Assembly: GCA_964019335.1 (NCBI GenBank)
Contig: OZ025713.1
Location: 372,001-436,000 of the forward strand
Length of the DNA stretch: 64,000 nt
Source of the DNA: Diplonema japonicum
Taxonomy: Eukaryota; Protista; Euglenozoa: Diplonemea
Direction of reading: 5' to 3'
Of the stretch, positions 1-11,300 are shown piece by piece. Numbering within the stretch: position 1 is the stretch's first letter; each line of letters begins with the position of its first letter. The translations under genes and the position numbers were made by a program. Under the pieces are notes generated by a model, which saw only the letters and a list, made by a program, of their open reading frames with translations, was not told the origin of the DNA and made no database searches.

Positions 1-842
1 CCTCCATCGTAGTCACCGTTCCCAGGGCACACCATCACAGGGACGGACCCATTGGCACTGGCACGGAACACGTCACGCATGAAAGCGTTCTCATTCTCAC
101 CGTTGTCCCAGTACACGAAGTCTCCGTACATCACTACCGTGTCGACAGCCCCTGCCTCACACTCCTCCTGCAGCAAGGGAAGGATCTGGTTGTCTGTCCA
201 ACCAATGTCCCCAAAGAAGACCATTCTGGGGACGAAGCTGAGGTCGTCCCTGGGAGTCACCGTGAAGAACGAAACCACCTGTGACTCCTCCGTCTCTTCC
301 CATCCTGTGCTGTACTGGTACTTCGATCCGGGGGTGAGCCCAGTGAGGAGGGCACGGTAGTTCACGTAGGGGCCAGGGCCCTTGATGGTGTGCTGGGGGG
401 CGACAGTTGCCCATTGAGAAGGGGAGCTACCAGCTAACCCGTACCTCACAACAGGAGAGGGAAGCTTCCCGGTGCTTGTCGGGACAGCCCACTGCACGAG
501 GATGGCATCAGTGGTGTTCCCGTAGGCAACGTGCTGCTGCTGCGGGACGGGAGGGGCCCCTCCTGTGCAGTTCGAAGCACTCCTCTCTGTCGGCTCTCCG
601 TAGTCGTAGGCGATGGCCCCAGCCGCAAATTGGCAGGCGTTCACACCATCCCCAGGGCTGTGCCAGCAGCACCCGTTCTGGTTCTTCGCTTCGCACGCAC
701 TCTGGCACTCGGCGGCGGTGCAGTTGCTCAGAAGGTTCACGTACCCAGTAGGTTTGCAGGCACCCCCAGCAAGGAAAGGGCCGCAGACAGACGCCCCACT
801 GCCCGTGGCCAACGCCAGGAGCAACACCACGTTGCGGAACAT
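1..842 (-). CDS. Purple acid phosphatase-like metallophosphoesterase, 5' part of a tandem duplicate (runs off window edge)
   Basis: 1-864 matches 6637-7500 with about 5 substitutions seen by eye. Same signal peptide, GDIG and GD(F/Y context) motifs. ATG at 842. Confidence 0.85.
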   Translation of the reverse strand, partial: MFRNVVLLLALATGSGASVCGPFLAGGACKPTGYVNLLSNCTAAECQSACEAKNQNGCCWHSPGDGVNACQFAAGAIAYDYGEPTERSASNCTGGAPPVPQQQHVAYGNTTDAILVQWAVPTSTGKLPSPVVRYGLAGSSPSQWATVAPQHTIKGPGPYVNYRALLTGLTPGSKYQYSTGWEETEESQVVSFFTVTPRDDLSFVPRMVFFGDIGWTDNQILPLLQEECEAGAVDTVVMYGDFVYWDNGENENAFMRDVFRASANGSVPVMVCPGNGDYDG

Positions 843-1227
843 GTTTCCCCCCAAAGTGTCACTGCTGAGTTATTGAGGAAGAAAAAAGAAAGAATGAAGG
901 AACGAAAGAACGAAAGGACGAAAGAAAGAAAGAAAAAAGGACAAGGTCAGTGTGCAGGAGTGCTCACTGTCAAAGAGGACGGAAGGAAAGAAAAAAAGAA
1001 TATGATTGACGCTGTGCTGTGGTCAATTTTCTTTTTCCTTCGCATTCTTCTATGTGTCTTGCCGCACCGGGCGGAAAGGGACACATCTGACCGTGTCGGC
1101 AAAAGGAAGTGCTTTCTGAAATTCCCTTTTCTCCTCAGACCTAAAAAGGGATAATTCCCCACCACACGATTCAGAGGTGTAGCTACATTGAGAAACGAGA
1201 CGCGAATAGTATTTTTAATTTCTTTAT

Positions 1228-1941
1228 CCCCTAAAGGCCCGGAGCCTATCTACGGTACCCTCCCATTTTCGTTGTTGCTTTAAATACTCAAAAAAAGGGC
1301 AGCATGCAACCATAGGAAGGTGCAAGGAAAGGGTAAACGGTACTAAAATTTTCAATTCCAGGTGCCAGATTCAGATGAGAACACTTAACTATGTGTGTAA
1401 GAGGGGGGTTGAGGGGGTACTTTTTATGTCCGATTTTGGGGGGTCTTCTTGTCGTGGGGGGTCCGTGGAGTTATGGCTGGGCTAAAAAGGGCAGCATTCA
1501 GCCCTATTTGGTGCCCTGAACTCTAGGATTGAGGTCAGTCTGGAGACTTTTTGGGGCTGTGGGATGAAAAAAGCAACTTGTGAGTTTTTTTTCCAGCTGG
1601 GGTAGCATGCAAGGGTAAAAAACACGTTTTGCATAAGGGACCTTAAACCCATTAACAGGACCAACCCAAGCCAAATTTTGTACTCTAGGATGGAAAGATT
1701 CAGATTCCGCTGTTTTTTTTGAATCGAAACGACCGTTCGTGGAAGAAACTATGAGCTCAAGTACCGCGTGTGCAAAAAAAAAAGATTAAAAACACCCTCC
1801 TCATTGGCCGCTTCACCTAGAGGTGTCCTGAGCCCACCTTTTCACGGAAATGATATGTTTTGGGCCTTTGGGAGTATTTCTCTTTAGCGAAAAAGCAAAT
1901 TTTGAAATAAGGACAAAAATGTCCGCACGGGCGTTTAGGGG
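1228..1941 (-). mobile_element. Non-autonomous piggyBac-like element (MITE/deletion derivative) with TTAT target duplication
   Basis: 13-bp TIR cccctaaaggccc / gggcgtttagggg (1 mismatch) with TTAT on both flanks (1224-1227, 1942-1945). The interior is the reverse complement of 59542-59770 joined to ~60410-60781, a piggyBac transposase remnant. Confidence 0.8.
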
Positions 1942-2413
1942 TTATTTATTTATTTATTTTTTTTTTCTCTTCCAGTGGGGAAGCAGAAAAAGGGGAACGC
2001 CCAAAAGGTGAAAGGTTCTACCCGAGAGCGAACCGGAAGGAAACAAAAAACAAAACAAAAACAAGAAGGGGGTGGTGGGGAGAAAAAAAGAAGGGGGGGA
2101 AAAAAAAAAGGCAAAAATGAGTTTTTCGAATTCCATTTCTTGCACTTCGAACAAAAATAGCTTTCTCGGGTAACTATACCCCTAAGTTCAGGGATATGCT
2201 CAAAAGCAAACCCCCTTAGTTTTGAGGAAATGCCCAAAGACCTATCAACTAGGAGGGTCTCCCCCAATGCCATAAATCGCAACATATCAAGCACATCTGC
2301 AGCTAGGCAGGTGGATGACCCTGTTCCTTGTGAAGGATTCTGGAGGAGAACATGGCAAGCGAAAAAAAACACCTAGCGTTTTTGGAGACTTTGGGGGCGG
2401 GCTTTTGAGTGTT

Positions 2414-2458
<45 letters not shown>

Positions 2459-2688
2459 TGGGAGGGAGTTAGCACTTTTCTTTTCCCGACTTCTCTTTCC
2501 CTTTTCCTCAAAAACAAAACAGTAAATAAAGGTTAAAGCGCTTTTTGCTGCTTTTGACTTTTAACGCAAAGAAGAGAGAAGAAAGACAGGGAGGAGAGGA
2601 AGAAGCCGGTTTTGAGCACTATACGTTGTTTTGACATGAAACGTTTTTTTTTTTTTTTTTTTTTTTTTTTTGTATACTTGTATATATA

Positions 2689-5013
2689 GGTCGATTTCAA
2701 AAAAAAAACCCCCCCCAAAATGAGGCCAATTGACACTTTCGTTGCATCTTTGGGCATGCCGCCCCCTTTAAAAAAAATTCTCCATATTTCCCGGCCCATA
2801 TTAGGAAAGAACCCGGGTCAGAAATCGCTCAAGAGTGCTATTTTGACCTATGAAAAATTCAGTCTTAGGGTAAAATCGGGTTTTAGTGGTTTTGGTAAAG
2901 TCAGAGATTATGCTTTCAATAGCAAGAAATAGCGGAACTCACTGCTAGAAGGTGGCTGAAATGATGTTGAAGGTGGAAACCTTCATTTCTTAGTCTTCTG
3001 CAGTTTAGATGTGCTGCTGCTGCTGGGTGGGTGACCTCGTTTCTGTTTCATATTAGGCCTTCTTACCGCGTTTTGGGGCTTGTCATGCTCTTCTACGGGG
3101 GAAGTGTCGAGTTTCTTTTGTAACTTGATAACAATTCTTTCCCGTTTTTCAAGTCCGGGAAGGCTATCAGGAACGTCTTCATCCTCATCACAAGATTCAT
3201 AGACTGGGGGCCTTTTCTCTGCCCTGTCTGCATCGAGTGCTTTGATGACGTACTTTAGTTCCTTCCAGCTCGTGGATGCACATGTTGTAGCAAATACACC
3301 CTCCGGAGGAGTACTCTTGAACCCATATGCGCCTGGGCCAAAGACATCAGTAACTACAAATGCAGAGGTGTACCGTATCGTATTGGTGATGTTCGCTATT
3401 TGTTCGACAGTTTTAATTGTTGTGGAACGAGACACCCGAAGCCAAACACGAGAAAGCACTCCGAAGTGGCTGTCCCTGCCGTTTTTGCCGTGTTTCTCCC
3501 CCAGAAACCACAGGGGATCAGCATATGACGTCACGAAGACCAAAAAGAACAAAATAGCAAAATTCCTTTGCACGAAAGTGACGCCCACTGTCAGTCCAGA
3601 GTATCCACTCCATTTTTTTCGGGGATCGCAAACCCACTAGCCAGGACAGTTTTCAGGCACTCGATAACGCATTTCACATCAGTATTCAGACTTGAAAGCA
3701 CACAATCAACATGCAGCGCCCTACGAGCACCATGCCCGTCAATCCAGTACACCCCGATTCCCAAAGCACTAAACGATTGCAAATGGTAAAAATCGTAGCT
3801 TGTTGATACAGGACCCATTGGTAGGGACCCCTTGGACTTGAAGTCGATGTCAAGAACTAATGCATCCGGTGGGGGAGAAGTCCTGTGCTCATTGTACAAC
3901 CTTCTTTGGGACATACACCTTTCAACATGTTGCTCCCAAGGCTTCAAGTTTGCAACAAGTTCACGTACCTTTTTCTTTGGGTACTTCCATCGAATCGCAT
4001 CAATGCAATTTAGGGTCTCTTGCATGTCCGAAACACTGAACTGCAGGTCCCATTTGACCCCACGTGATGTCATCGTTTGCAATAGCGAAAGACGCATCCG
4101 TTGTGCTTTTGTACAGTACTCGCACATATCCGTGGGTTTGGCACAGTGCATAAATTCCTTCCCTCTCCTCAGTGTGCAAGCCAGGCCGGCCCAGTGCGAC
4201 GTCCTTGGAGGATGACACAGAGATCAATTCTGATCATCTAGCAGTCAGCCAGCCAACATCGCGGGTCCTCCGGCGTCTCACACGCAAACGCCACAGGATG
4301 ACTACCGTAAGGTCACTCGAGGTGTCATATCAAGATGTTTTCCGGTCATCCGCCCTTATGAATAAGATTTCCTATTCAACATTCCCCCATGCTACTGTAG
4401 AACAAGTCTTTTCCAACAGTAAGGCCAGCTGCCCTTATTTCGTCGTGTGTGATGTGGTCAAGCCGCATGCCTCTGACCAATTGGCGCCGTGTGGCGTCTT
4501 GTTGTCTATTAAACCAACCAGAAAATGATGGCAGAAGTGCCGCTAAAAGTTCCCCTTTACACACTACGTCACAAACTAGTGCAGCACAGTCGTTGCCACT
4601 GAGCTTCTCAAGAACCTCTTGGCGAGTGTCCTGATCGCCGATGTGTTCCCATTTACCCTTTCTCGGTCCGAATACCTTTTTTTTACCCCTAGTTTCTCAA
4701 CTGCAAGTTTAAAAGCGTCCATTTTTGGAACCCCCCCCTCTTTTTCTGAAGTTGTTTAAAGTGGGAAAACCTATTTTTGGAACCCCCCTCTTTTACTGAA
4801 TTTATGCAAAGTGAAAAAACCCATTTTTGCCCCGAGGACTGAATTTTTTGGCTACTAGTAACACTCACTTTCCAATTTTATGGGGTGTTTTTTTTCCTAA
4901 CCTGGGCCGGGAAAGTTGTAGAAATTTTTTTCTTTGGGAAAAAGTACTTAGAGAAATATTGAAAGTGTCAATCGGCCTCATTTTTTTTGGGGGGGGGGTT
5001 TTGAAACGATGCC
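2689..5013 (-). mobile_element. Sola2-like DNA transposon, degraded
   Basis: Imperfect ~130-bp TIRs (aaaatgaggccaattgacactttc...tttcccggccca.attaggaaa at 2690-2810 vs reverse complement at 4890-5013), flanked by (TA)n. Internal transposase fragments. Confidence 0.7.
2983..4564 (-). pseudogene. Frameshifted Sola-type (DDD) transposase
   Basis: DMCEYC..H zinc motif, LVLDIDFK, WTDSGRHFRAKEF (in a shifted frame at ~3570-3600), FLGEKHGKNGRDSHFG. Split over several ORFs. Confidence 0.7.
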
Positions 5014-5114
5014 ATATATATAAGCTCTTTTTTATTATTTCCACCTTTTTCTTTTATTTTTTTATCAACGCGGCTCTTCAGAAATCAGTGAAACGATCAA
5101 TTCCATGTGAGAAT

Positions 5115-7478
5115 TTATGGACATTTCTTACACTTGCCACTGCACCCTTCGGGCCACTCAAAGTAAGCAATATGAACACAAGGAGGGGACCCCCCAGGGC
5201 ACTTCATCAGAGGATTCCCACTTACATAGATTTCACCATACGTCCTATCACAGTACTCCGTGGGGACGGTGCCAGTGAAGTTGTTTCGAACTGCCCACAG
5301 AAGACACGCCACTTCCCCTCCAAGAGTGGGGTCATACAGCTGGTTGTTGCCACTGGCCGATGGGTGGTGGCACTGCAGCTCACCCCACGAGTCAGGGATG
5401 TCCCCTGTCAACGCATTCCTGCTGAGCCCAAGGTACCTCAAGTTCGGGAGCCCCGTCGACAGGCCCATGTCAACAGGAAGTGTCCCACGAAGGCGGTGCT
5501 CGTCGTCGTCCGTCTGCGGCTCAAGGTACAGGGTGTGAAGGTAGGGAAGCCCACGGAGAAGGTTTTGAGGAAGGACCCCCACCAAGAGGTTGCTCGACAG
5601 GTCAAGGAGCTGGATCGTGTCAGCCAGTGCTGTTCCCAGCGAGGGAGGGATGGGCCCAGTCAAGTTGTTTGAAGGAAGCTGGATAGCTGTCACCCCTACC
5701 TTCGTCCACAGCTTCTGCAGGGTGCGCTCCGTCACCTTCACACAGGTCACACCGTACCAAGGTGCACTCCCATCGCAGGGGTCCTTCCCGTTCATCCAGT
5801 TCGTGTTGTGCCTCCAGCCATGCCCGTTCGTCGAGGTGTACAGGTCCTGCAGAGCGGCCAACTGTGCGGCAGGGATCGACGCCCCAGGGTCGTTCTTCGC
5901 CTGCCATGCCTTTTGAAGCTTCGCAGCAGCGACAGAAGAAGCGTCGTTCTGGGGCTTCACAACAGCAGCCTCCGTGTGGGTGCAGTACTCACCGAAGTTG
6001 CAAGCTTTCGTCTTCGTGAGATCAACTGAATCCAAGATAGCCCCTCCAAGGTTGGTGGACATGAAGTCCAATGAGAGCGTGTTCTGGTCCTGCACAGTGA
6101 CGTGTGTGTAGCCGAACATGTAAGACCTCCATGCCGTCCAGGCATCAAAACCCCTCTCGAAGAGGTTGGTCTCCTCAGCGTTGCCAGGATTCCCGCTCAC
6201 AATGTACACAGGTGCCTTGGCATCAGCATAAGGGCGAGAGGCATCAGGCCCCGCCATCAATGTTTTGTTGAACACAGGGAGGGTGCGCTCCTGGTTGTGC
6301 ACGTGGCCAGCAAACACAATGTCAGCACCATACTTGTACATAAGGGGTTCGAACACTTCGTAAGGGATAGCATCCGTGCCACCAGTGCTGTAAGAAGGCC
6401 TGTGGTAGTGAACAATGATCCAGGGCCTCTGCTCCCTCTCAGCGTTGGCTTGCTTCATGTCGGCCTCGAGCCAAGCAAGCATCTCAGCCTTCTTCTGGGG
6501 ATAGGGGACACCCCATTCAAGGACCTCGGTGTTGATCGCCACAATGTGGGCCCTCCCAGAGTTGAAGCTGTAGTACATGCTCTGTGTCTGCTCCCAGTTC
6601 GGCATCCCCCACTGCTGCCTGTAGCGCGTGTAGTCACCTCCATCGTAGTCACCGTTCCCAGGGCACACCATCACAGGGACGGACCCATTGGCACTGGCAC
6701 GGAACACGTCACGCATGAAAGCGTTCTCATTCTCACCGTTGTCCCAGTACACGAAGTCCCCGAACATCACTACCGTGTCGACAGCCCCTGCCTCGCACTC
6801 CTCCTGCAGCAAGGGAAGGATCTGGTTGTCTGTCCAACCAATGTCCCCAAAGAAGACCATTCTGGGGACGAAGCTGAGGTCGTCCCTGGGAGTCACCGTG
6901 AAGAACGAAACCACCTGTGACTCCTCCGTCTCTTCCCATCCTGTGCTGTACTGGTACTTCGATCCGGGGGTGAGCCCAGTGAGGAGGGCACGGTAGTTCA
7001 CGTAGGGGCCAGGGCCCTTGATGGTGTGCTGGGGGGCGACAGTTGCCCATCGAGAGGGGGAGCTACCAGCTAACCCGTACCTCACAACAGGAGAGGGAAG
7101 CTTCCCGGTGCTTGTCGGGACAGCCCACTGCACGAGGATGGCATCAGTGGTGTTCCCGTAGGCAACGTGCTGCTGCTGCGGGACGGGAGGGGCCCCTCCT
7201 GTGCAGTTCGAAGCACTCCTCTCTGTCGGCTCTCCGTAGTCGTAGGCGATGGCCCCAGCCGCAAATTGGCAGGCGTTCACACCATCCCCAGGGCTGTGCC
7301 AGCAGCACCCGTTCTGGTTCTTCGCTTCGCACGCACTCTGGCACTCGGCGGCGGTGCAGTTGCTCAGAAGGTTCACGTACCCAGTAGGTTTGCAGGCACC
7401 CCCAGCAAGGAAAGGGCCGCAGACAGACGCCCCACTGCCCGTGGCCAACGCCAGGAGCAACACCACGTTGCGGAACAT
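5115..7478 (-). CDS. Secreted purple acid phosphatase-family metallophosphoesterase fused to a C-terminal LRR domain
   Basis: Signal peptide MFRNVVLLLALA; Cys-rich N-domain; FN3-like PAP N-domain; GDIG, GDFVY, GNGD, VHYH, GHVH motifs; then LRR N-cap (ALQDLY..TNG..W..NW..DPC..WYGVTC) and LxLxxNxLxGxIP repeats. Confidence 0.9.
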   Translation of the reverse strand: MFRNVVLLLALATGSGASVCGPFLAGGACKPTGYVNLLSNCTAAECQSACEAKNQNGCCWHSPGDGVNACQFAAGAIAYDYGEPTERSASNCTGGAPPVPQQQHVAYGNTTDAILVQWAVPTSTGKLPSPVVRYGLAGSSPSRWATVAPQHTIKGPGPYVNYRALLTGLTPGSKYQYSTGWEETEESQVVSFFTVTPRDDLSFVPRMVFFGDIGWTDNQILPLLQEECEAGAVDTVVMFGDFVYWDNGENENAFMRDVFRASANGSVPVMVCPGNGDYDGGDYTRYRQQWGMPNWEQTQSMYYSFNSGRAHIVAINTEVLEWGVPYPQKKAEMLAWLEADMKQANAEREQRPWIIVHYHRPSYSTGGTDAIPYEVFEPLMYKYGADIVFAGHVHNQERTLPVFNKTLMAGPDASRPYADAKAPVYIVSGNPGNAEETNLFERGFDAWTAWRSYMFGYTHVTVQDQNTLSLDFMSTNLGGAILDSVDLTKTKACNFGEYCTHTEAAVVKPQNDASSVAAAKLQKAWQAKNDPGASIPAAQLAALQDLYTSTNGHGWRHNTNWMNGKDPCDGSAPWYGVTCVKVTERTLQKLWTKVGVTAIQLPSNNLTGPIPPSLGTALADTIQLLDLSSNLLVGVLPQNLLRGLPYLHTLYLEPQTDDDEHRLRGTLPVDMGLSTGLPNLRYLGLSRNALTGDIPDSWGELQCHHPSASGNNQLYDPTLGGEVACLLWAVRNNFTGTVPTEYCDRTYGEIYVSGNPLMKCPGGSPPCVHIAYFEWPEGCSGKCKKCP

Positions 7479-8150
7479 GTTTCCCCCCAAAGTGTCACTG
7501 TTGGTAAAGAGCTTTGAAACACTAGAGAAGTACTGCTAATACGTTAAAGAAAAAGTGTAGAGGAAAATGGAATTTATTTCTACCCATATAGTTTTTGCCC
7601 TACAAGTTCACCGAAGTGCAATCAACTAGCGCTCTCCGTACGAGGTATTAGCAGCAAGAAGAATCAGCAGCTATAAATATAAGATAAAGGCCTGTGTTGG
7701 TGGCGCCCTGCACAAGCACTGTCTACCTGACAACAGGGTGTCTCCAACTGACTATCTTGTAGGCAGCATCACGTAGGGGATTCCTGGGGCTCCTTTGGGC
7801 ATTTCATCAGAGGCTTCTTGTTCGATGCAAACATCACCATATACTCACAGCGGCAACAGTTGTACACTAGCACCACTAATGCTAAAAGCAGCCTTGCATC
7901 ACAGAACACATGCCCTCCCCCTGTGGTCGTTTTGGTAAATACAGCATTTGAAAAAAAAGGGGAGGGGGACCATGCTATGGAAGAGGGAACAGCAAAAAAG
8001 GGGGGAGCTTATTTCTGAGTAATAGCTTTCTTTTATGCCAAAGGAGCTAGGGGTTTTGTAAGAGAGAGGAAAAGAAAAAAAAAGAAGAAAAAAAAGGGGG
8101 GGAAAGGGGGGGGGGGAAAAAAGACATGTATTTAAAGAAAAAGGTAGAAA

Positions 8151-8258
8151 AAACTAGTTTGGCGCTTCATCTGTTTGTGCGCACGAGCGGAATTTTACCT
8201 AATAAAATAAGCTCATTACGCTAGTTTTTTTAGTCTCGACAATAATATTGTTAAAACA
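8151..8258 (-). repeat. Short interspersed ~100-bp repeat (ACTAG-bounded), copy 1
   Basis: Reverse complement aligns with 35316-35435 and 12800-12895 (actag..gcgtaatg..ctcgtgcgca..gaagcgccaaactag). Confidence 0.65.
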
Positions 8259-8363
8259 AGAAAAAAACAAAGAAGAAATTAAAATAAACGAATATCCGTA
8301 TCAAAATCAATGACACACAACTAAGTGTCTCTTTTATTTTAACGGCTATGGCTAGGGGTGTTT

Positions 8364-11300
8364 CTATTCTTCAACTTCAGGCGTTTCCTCCCACTCGACA
8401 AGAGGATCGTACGCAGCACCCGTGTTGTGGACCATGTCGCAGCAGGAGTCGTGTTCATATTCATCGCTGTCCCACTCCTCATTGTTCCACCCATATACGT
8501 CCCACCCATTGCCATAAAAATGCCCTCCACAGGTGGGTGGGTCGTCAAATGATCCATCTTCCCGGCTGCACCCTTCGCTAGAAGCTTCGGTGGCATCGTC
8601 ATCGTCGGAGGTCTCGCCATGATCAGTTAGCAGTGGCTCTGAGGGGGTCTCAGAGGGTGTTGGCTCTTCTTGCGGGGCCTCGATGGGTTGCAAACACAAC
8701 GGTGGTGACTTGAACCACAAACCTGCATCAAGCTCCGCTGCCCTATACCATCTCTCTCTTTGTTCAATATCGCCACCAGCAGCGTCGGGTAGGTCGTCGT
8801 AATCGGCGTCGTCATCGTGCTGGGCGGCTTTTCCCCACCCCTCCCCTCCCTCTCCGTCTCTGCGCCACTGTGTCGAGTACTTGGGTGCCTTCCACCAGTT
8901 GTCGCGCAGCCATTGCTCTCGTACGGAAACTTCGTCGTCAGAGAGCCCTTCAATTTCCTGCATCGTTGTAATGGACTGCTTTGCGTCCTCTTGGTACGCT
9001 GCGATTGCGGTTGGTTTCTGCCAGTGTTGGTCACTGCCGAGTCCTAGAAGCTGCCATTGCAGCGGTTGTTGTTTCAGTTCTTCCTCCGCCTCCATCGCAC
9101 GATAGCTGCCCTCTTCCTCCAGACGCATCATGTCCCACTTTTCCAGCTCTATACGTTCTTCTATTGCTAGAATCTCTTTCTCATCACGATTTGGCGGAAC
9201 GTAGAAGGTCGTGTGCACCACAGCATCTAGGAGCTCGTCGGTAGCGATTGCAGGTTCTTCGCCTTCAGTGCCCTCAGCTAGTGGTGTGCGGAGGTCGTTG
9301 TTCTCCCTGTGCCGACACCACTCTATTCTGTCCACGATGTCCTGCACCTGCTGTGCTGTGGGTGGCTTGCCTGCGTTGATGGCCTCAAGAGCTTTTGGCA
9401 CCTCTTGCAGCAAGATGTGTTTCTCATTCTCCCTCCGCTCCCGTAGCCACTCCATGCGCTGTGCTTTGCTATCATCGCTAAGCTGCGTCCTGTACCAGTT
9501 GTCACGCCTTGTCAATTCTGCTTTGCTGGGCTTCGCTGGACGAGGAGCTTCCTGGTTGGCCATGTACCACTGTTCTCGTGCAGCAGCTTCCGCCTCTCCA
9601 CACGGGTGCTCCTGTCCCCCTCTTCTGTTTGCGTTCTGGCGGCAGTCAGCCGTCCATGCCGTCCCTTCCTGGCCGTCCCATTTCCAGTCCTCGAGGTACT
9701 GTGGTTCCTTCCACCATTCATTGTCAGATGCCTGGCGGTACCAGGTGTCCCTCTTCTCCCGCTCGGCTTGTCCACATGGATCTTCCCCATCTTTGGCCTT
9801 CATGTTCCCCGCGCACCACTGCTCTCCTCCCGCGGTCCAGTCAGCCACGTACTCGGGTGCTTTCCACCAGTTCTCGCGGTACCACTGGTCTCGCTTCACT
9901 GCATCTGCCCTGGAGCATGGTGTGTTGCACGCTTGCTTCGCAAACCCTTCTGTTTCCCCTGCCGCACGCCACATGTCACCAGCAGGACGGAACCAAGCCT
10001 CGCGTGCTGCCATTTCTTCTGCGCTGCAAGGAACTTGGCAGCCCTCCCTCTCTGCGCACCATGCTGACCCCTTCTTTCCATTCTTAGCCCAGTCCCATGC
10101 ACAGGATGGTGCTTTCCACCAGTTGTCTCTGTACCATTGTCTGCGCAGCATCTTCTCGCTTTCTTCCGTTGGGGCGTCTCCTGTGCCTTCTATCCCAGCT
10201 GTTTCGCCCGCTGCAGTCCACTTCATCCCGTCTTCTGCATTCAACTGGAAGTCTTCTATGTACTGCGGTTGCTTCCACCATTCCTCCGTAGGTGCGTGGG
10301 CACGGGCCCAGTCCTCCCTGAAGGGGGCTTGCTTCCACCACTCCTTGTCTTGGTGTGCATCGTTGCTCTTTGCTGTCCATGCCGCTCCCTCAGATCCGTT
10401 CTTGTAGAAGTCGTCTGTGTACTTACGCTGCTTCCACCAATTTGCCTTGTACCAAGCTTCGCGCTTCTGCTTCTCTTGTGATGCAGCTGGCTTTTCCAGA
10501 CCTCGCCCTGCAGTAGAGTCAGCCAAGGTCTTCGCAGTCCAGTGCCTTCCTGCTTCCCTGTTCTCGAAGTAGTCTTCGACGCAAGGTGGCTGCATCCACC
10601 ACTCGCTGTCAGCATTCTTATACCACTCCTCTCGGTGTGCCTTCTCTGCATCTGCGACAGGGGTTTTGCACTTTCCGGAGTCAGCTGCCTTCTGAGTGCT
10701 CTCTTGCCATGCCTTGCCTTGCTTCTTCCAGTCCTCCTTGTACTTGTCCTGCTTCCACCAGTTCTTGCCGTACCACTTTTGCCTTCTTGCTAGTTCTAAT
10801 TTCGGTGCCTCGCTGCCACCTTCGACATCAGCTCCTTCCTCTGTTACAGCTGCCCATTTCCTTCCACTTGCAAAGTAGTCCTCGCGGCACGGCTCCTGCA
10901 TCCACCACTCGGTGTCCTGCGGTTCTGCGGCTTGTGTCAAGGCAGACGCGTCAGCACCATTCTCCTTGAAGTCTTGTCTGGCTGCCTGCTGCTTCCACCA
11001 GTCTCCGTTGCGGTAGAACTCCTCGCGGGCGAGCTTGTCGGCAACGCAGCACTTCTCCATGTCGCCCTGCGTGTCACTGTTCCACCTCTTCACAAGTCCG
11101 CACGGCCCGTTCGCCTCGTACCAAGCAGCACGGCGTGTCTGCTCCTCTCTGCTTGCGATGTATGTCTGGCCCTTGCCCTCTAGGCCGCTGGTCTCGTCTG
11201 CCGCCAGCCAACGCGTGCCTAGGTTTCCGTCCTGTTGCCAATCTTTGATGTATGGCTCTTCCTTCCACCACTCTGCGTCCCGTGTTGCAACCCAGTCGTT

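Noticed and set aside
9211-10407. Long plus-strand ORFs (also 20797-21558, 6102-6920, 35899-36630, 49080-49922)
   Set aside because: Antisense shadows of real minus-strand coding regions.
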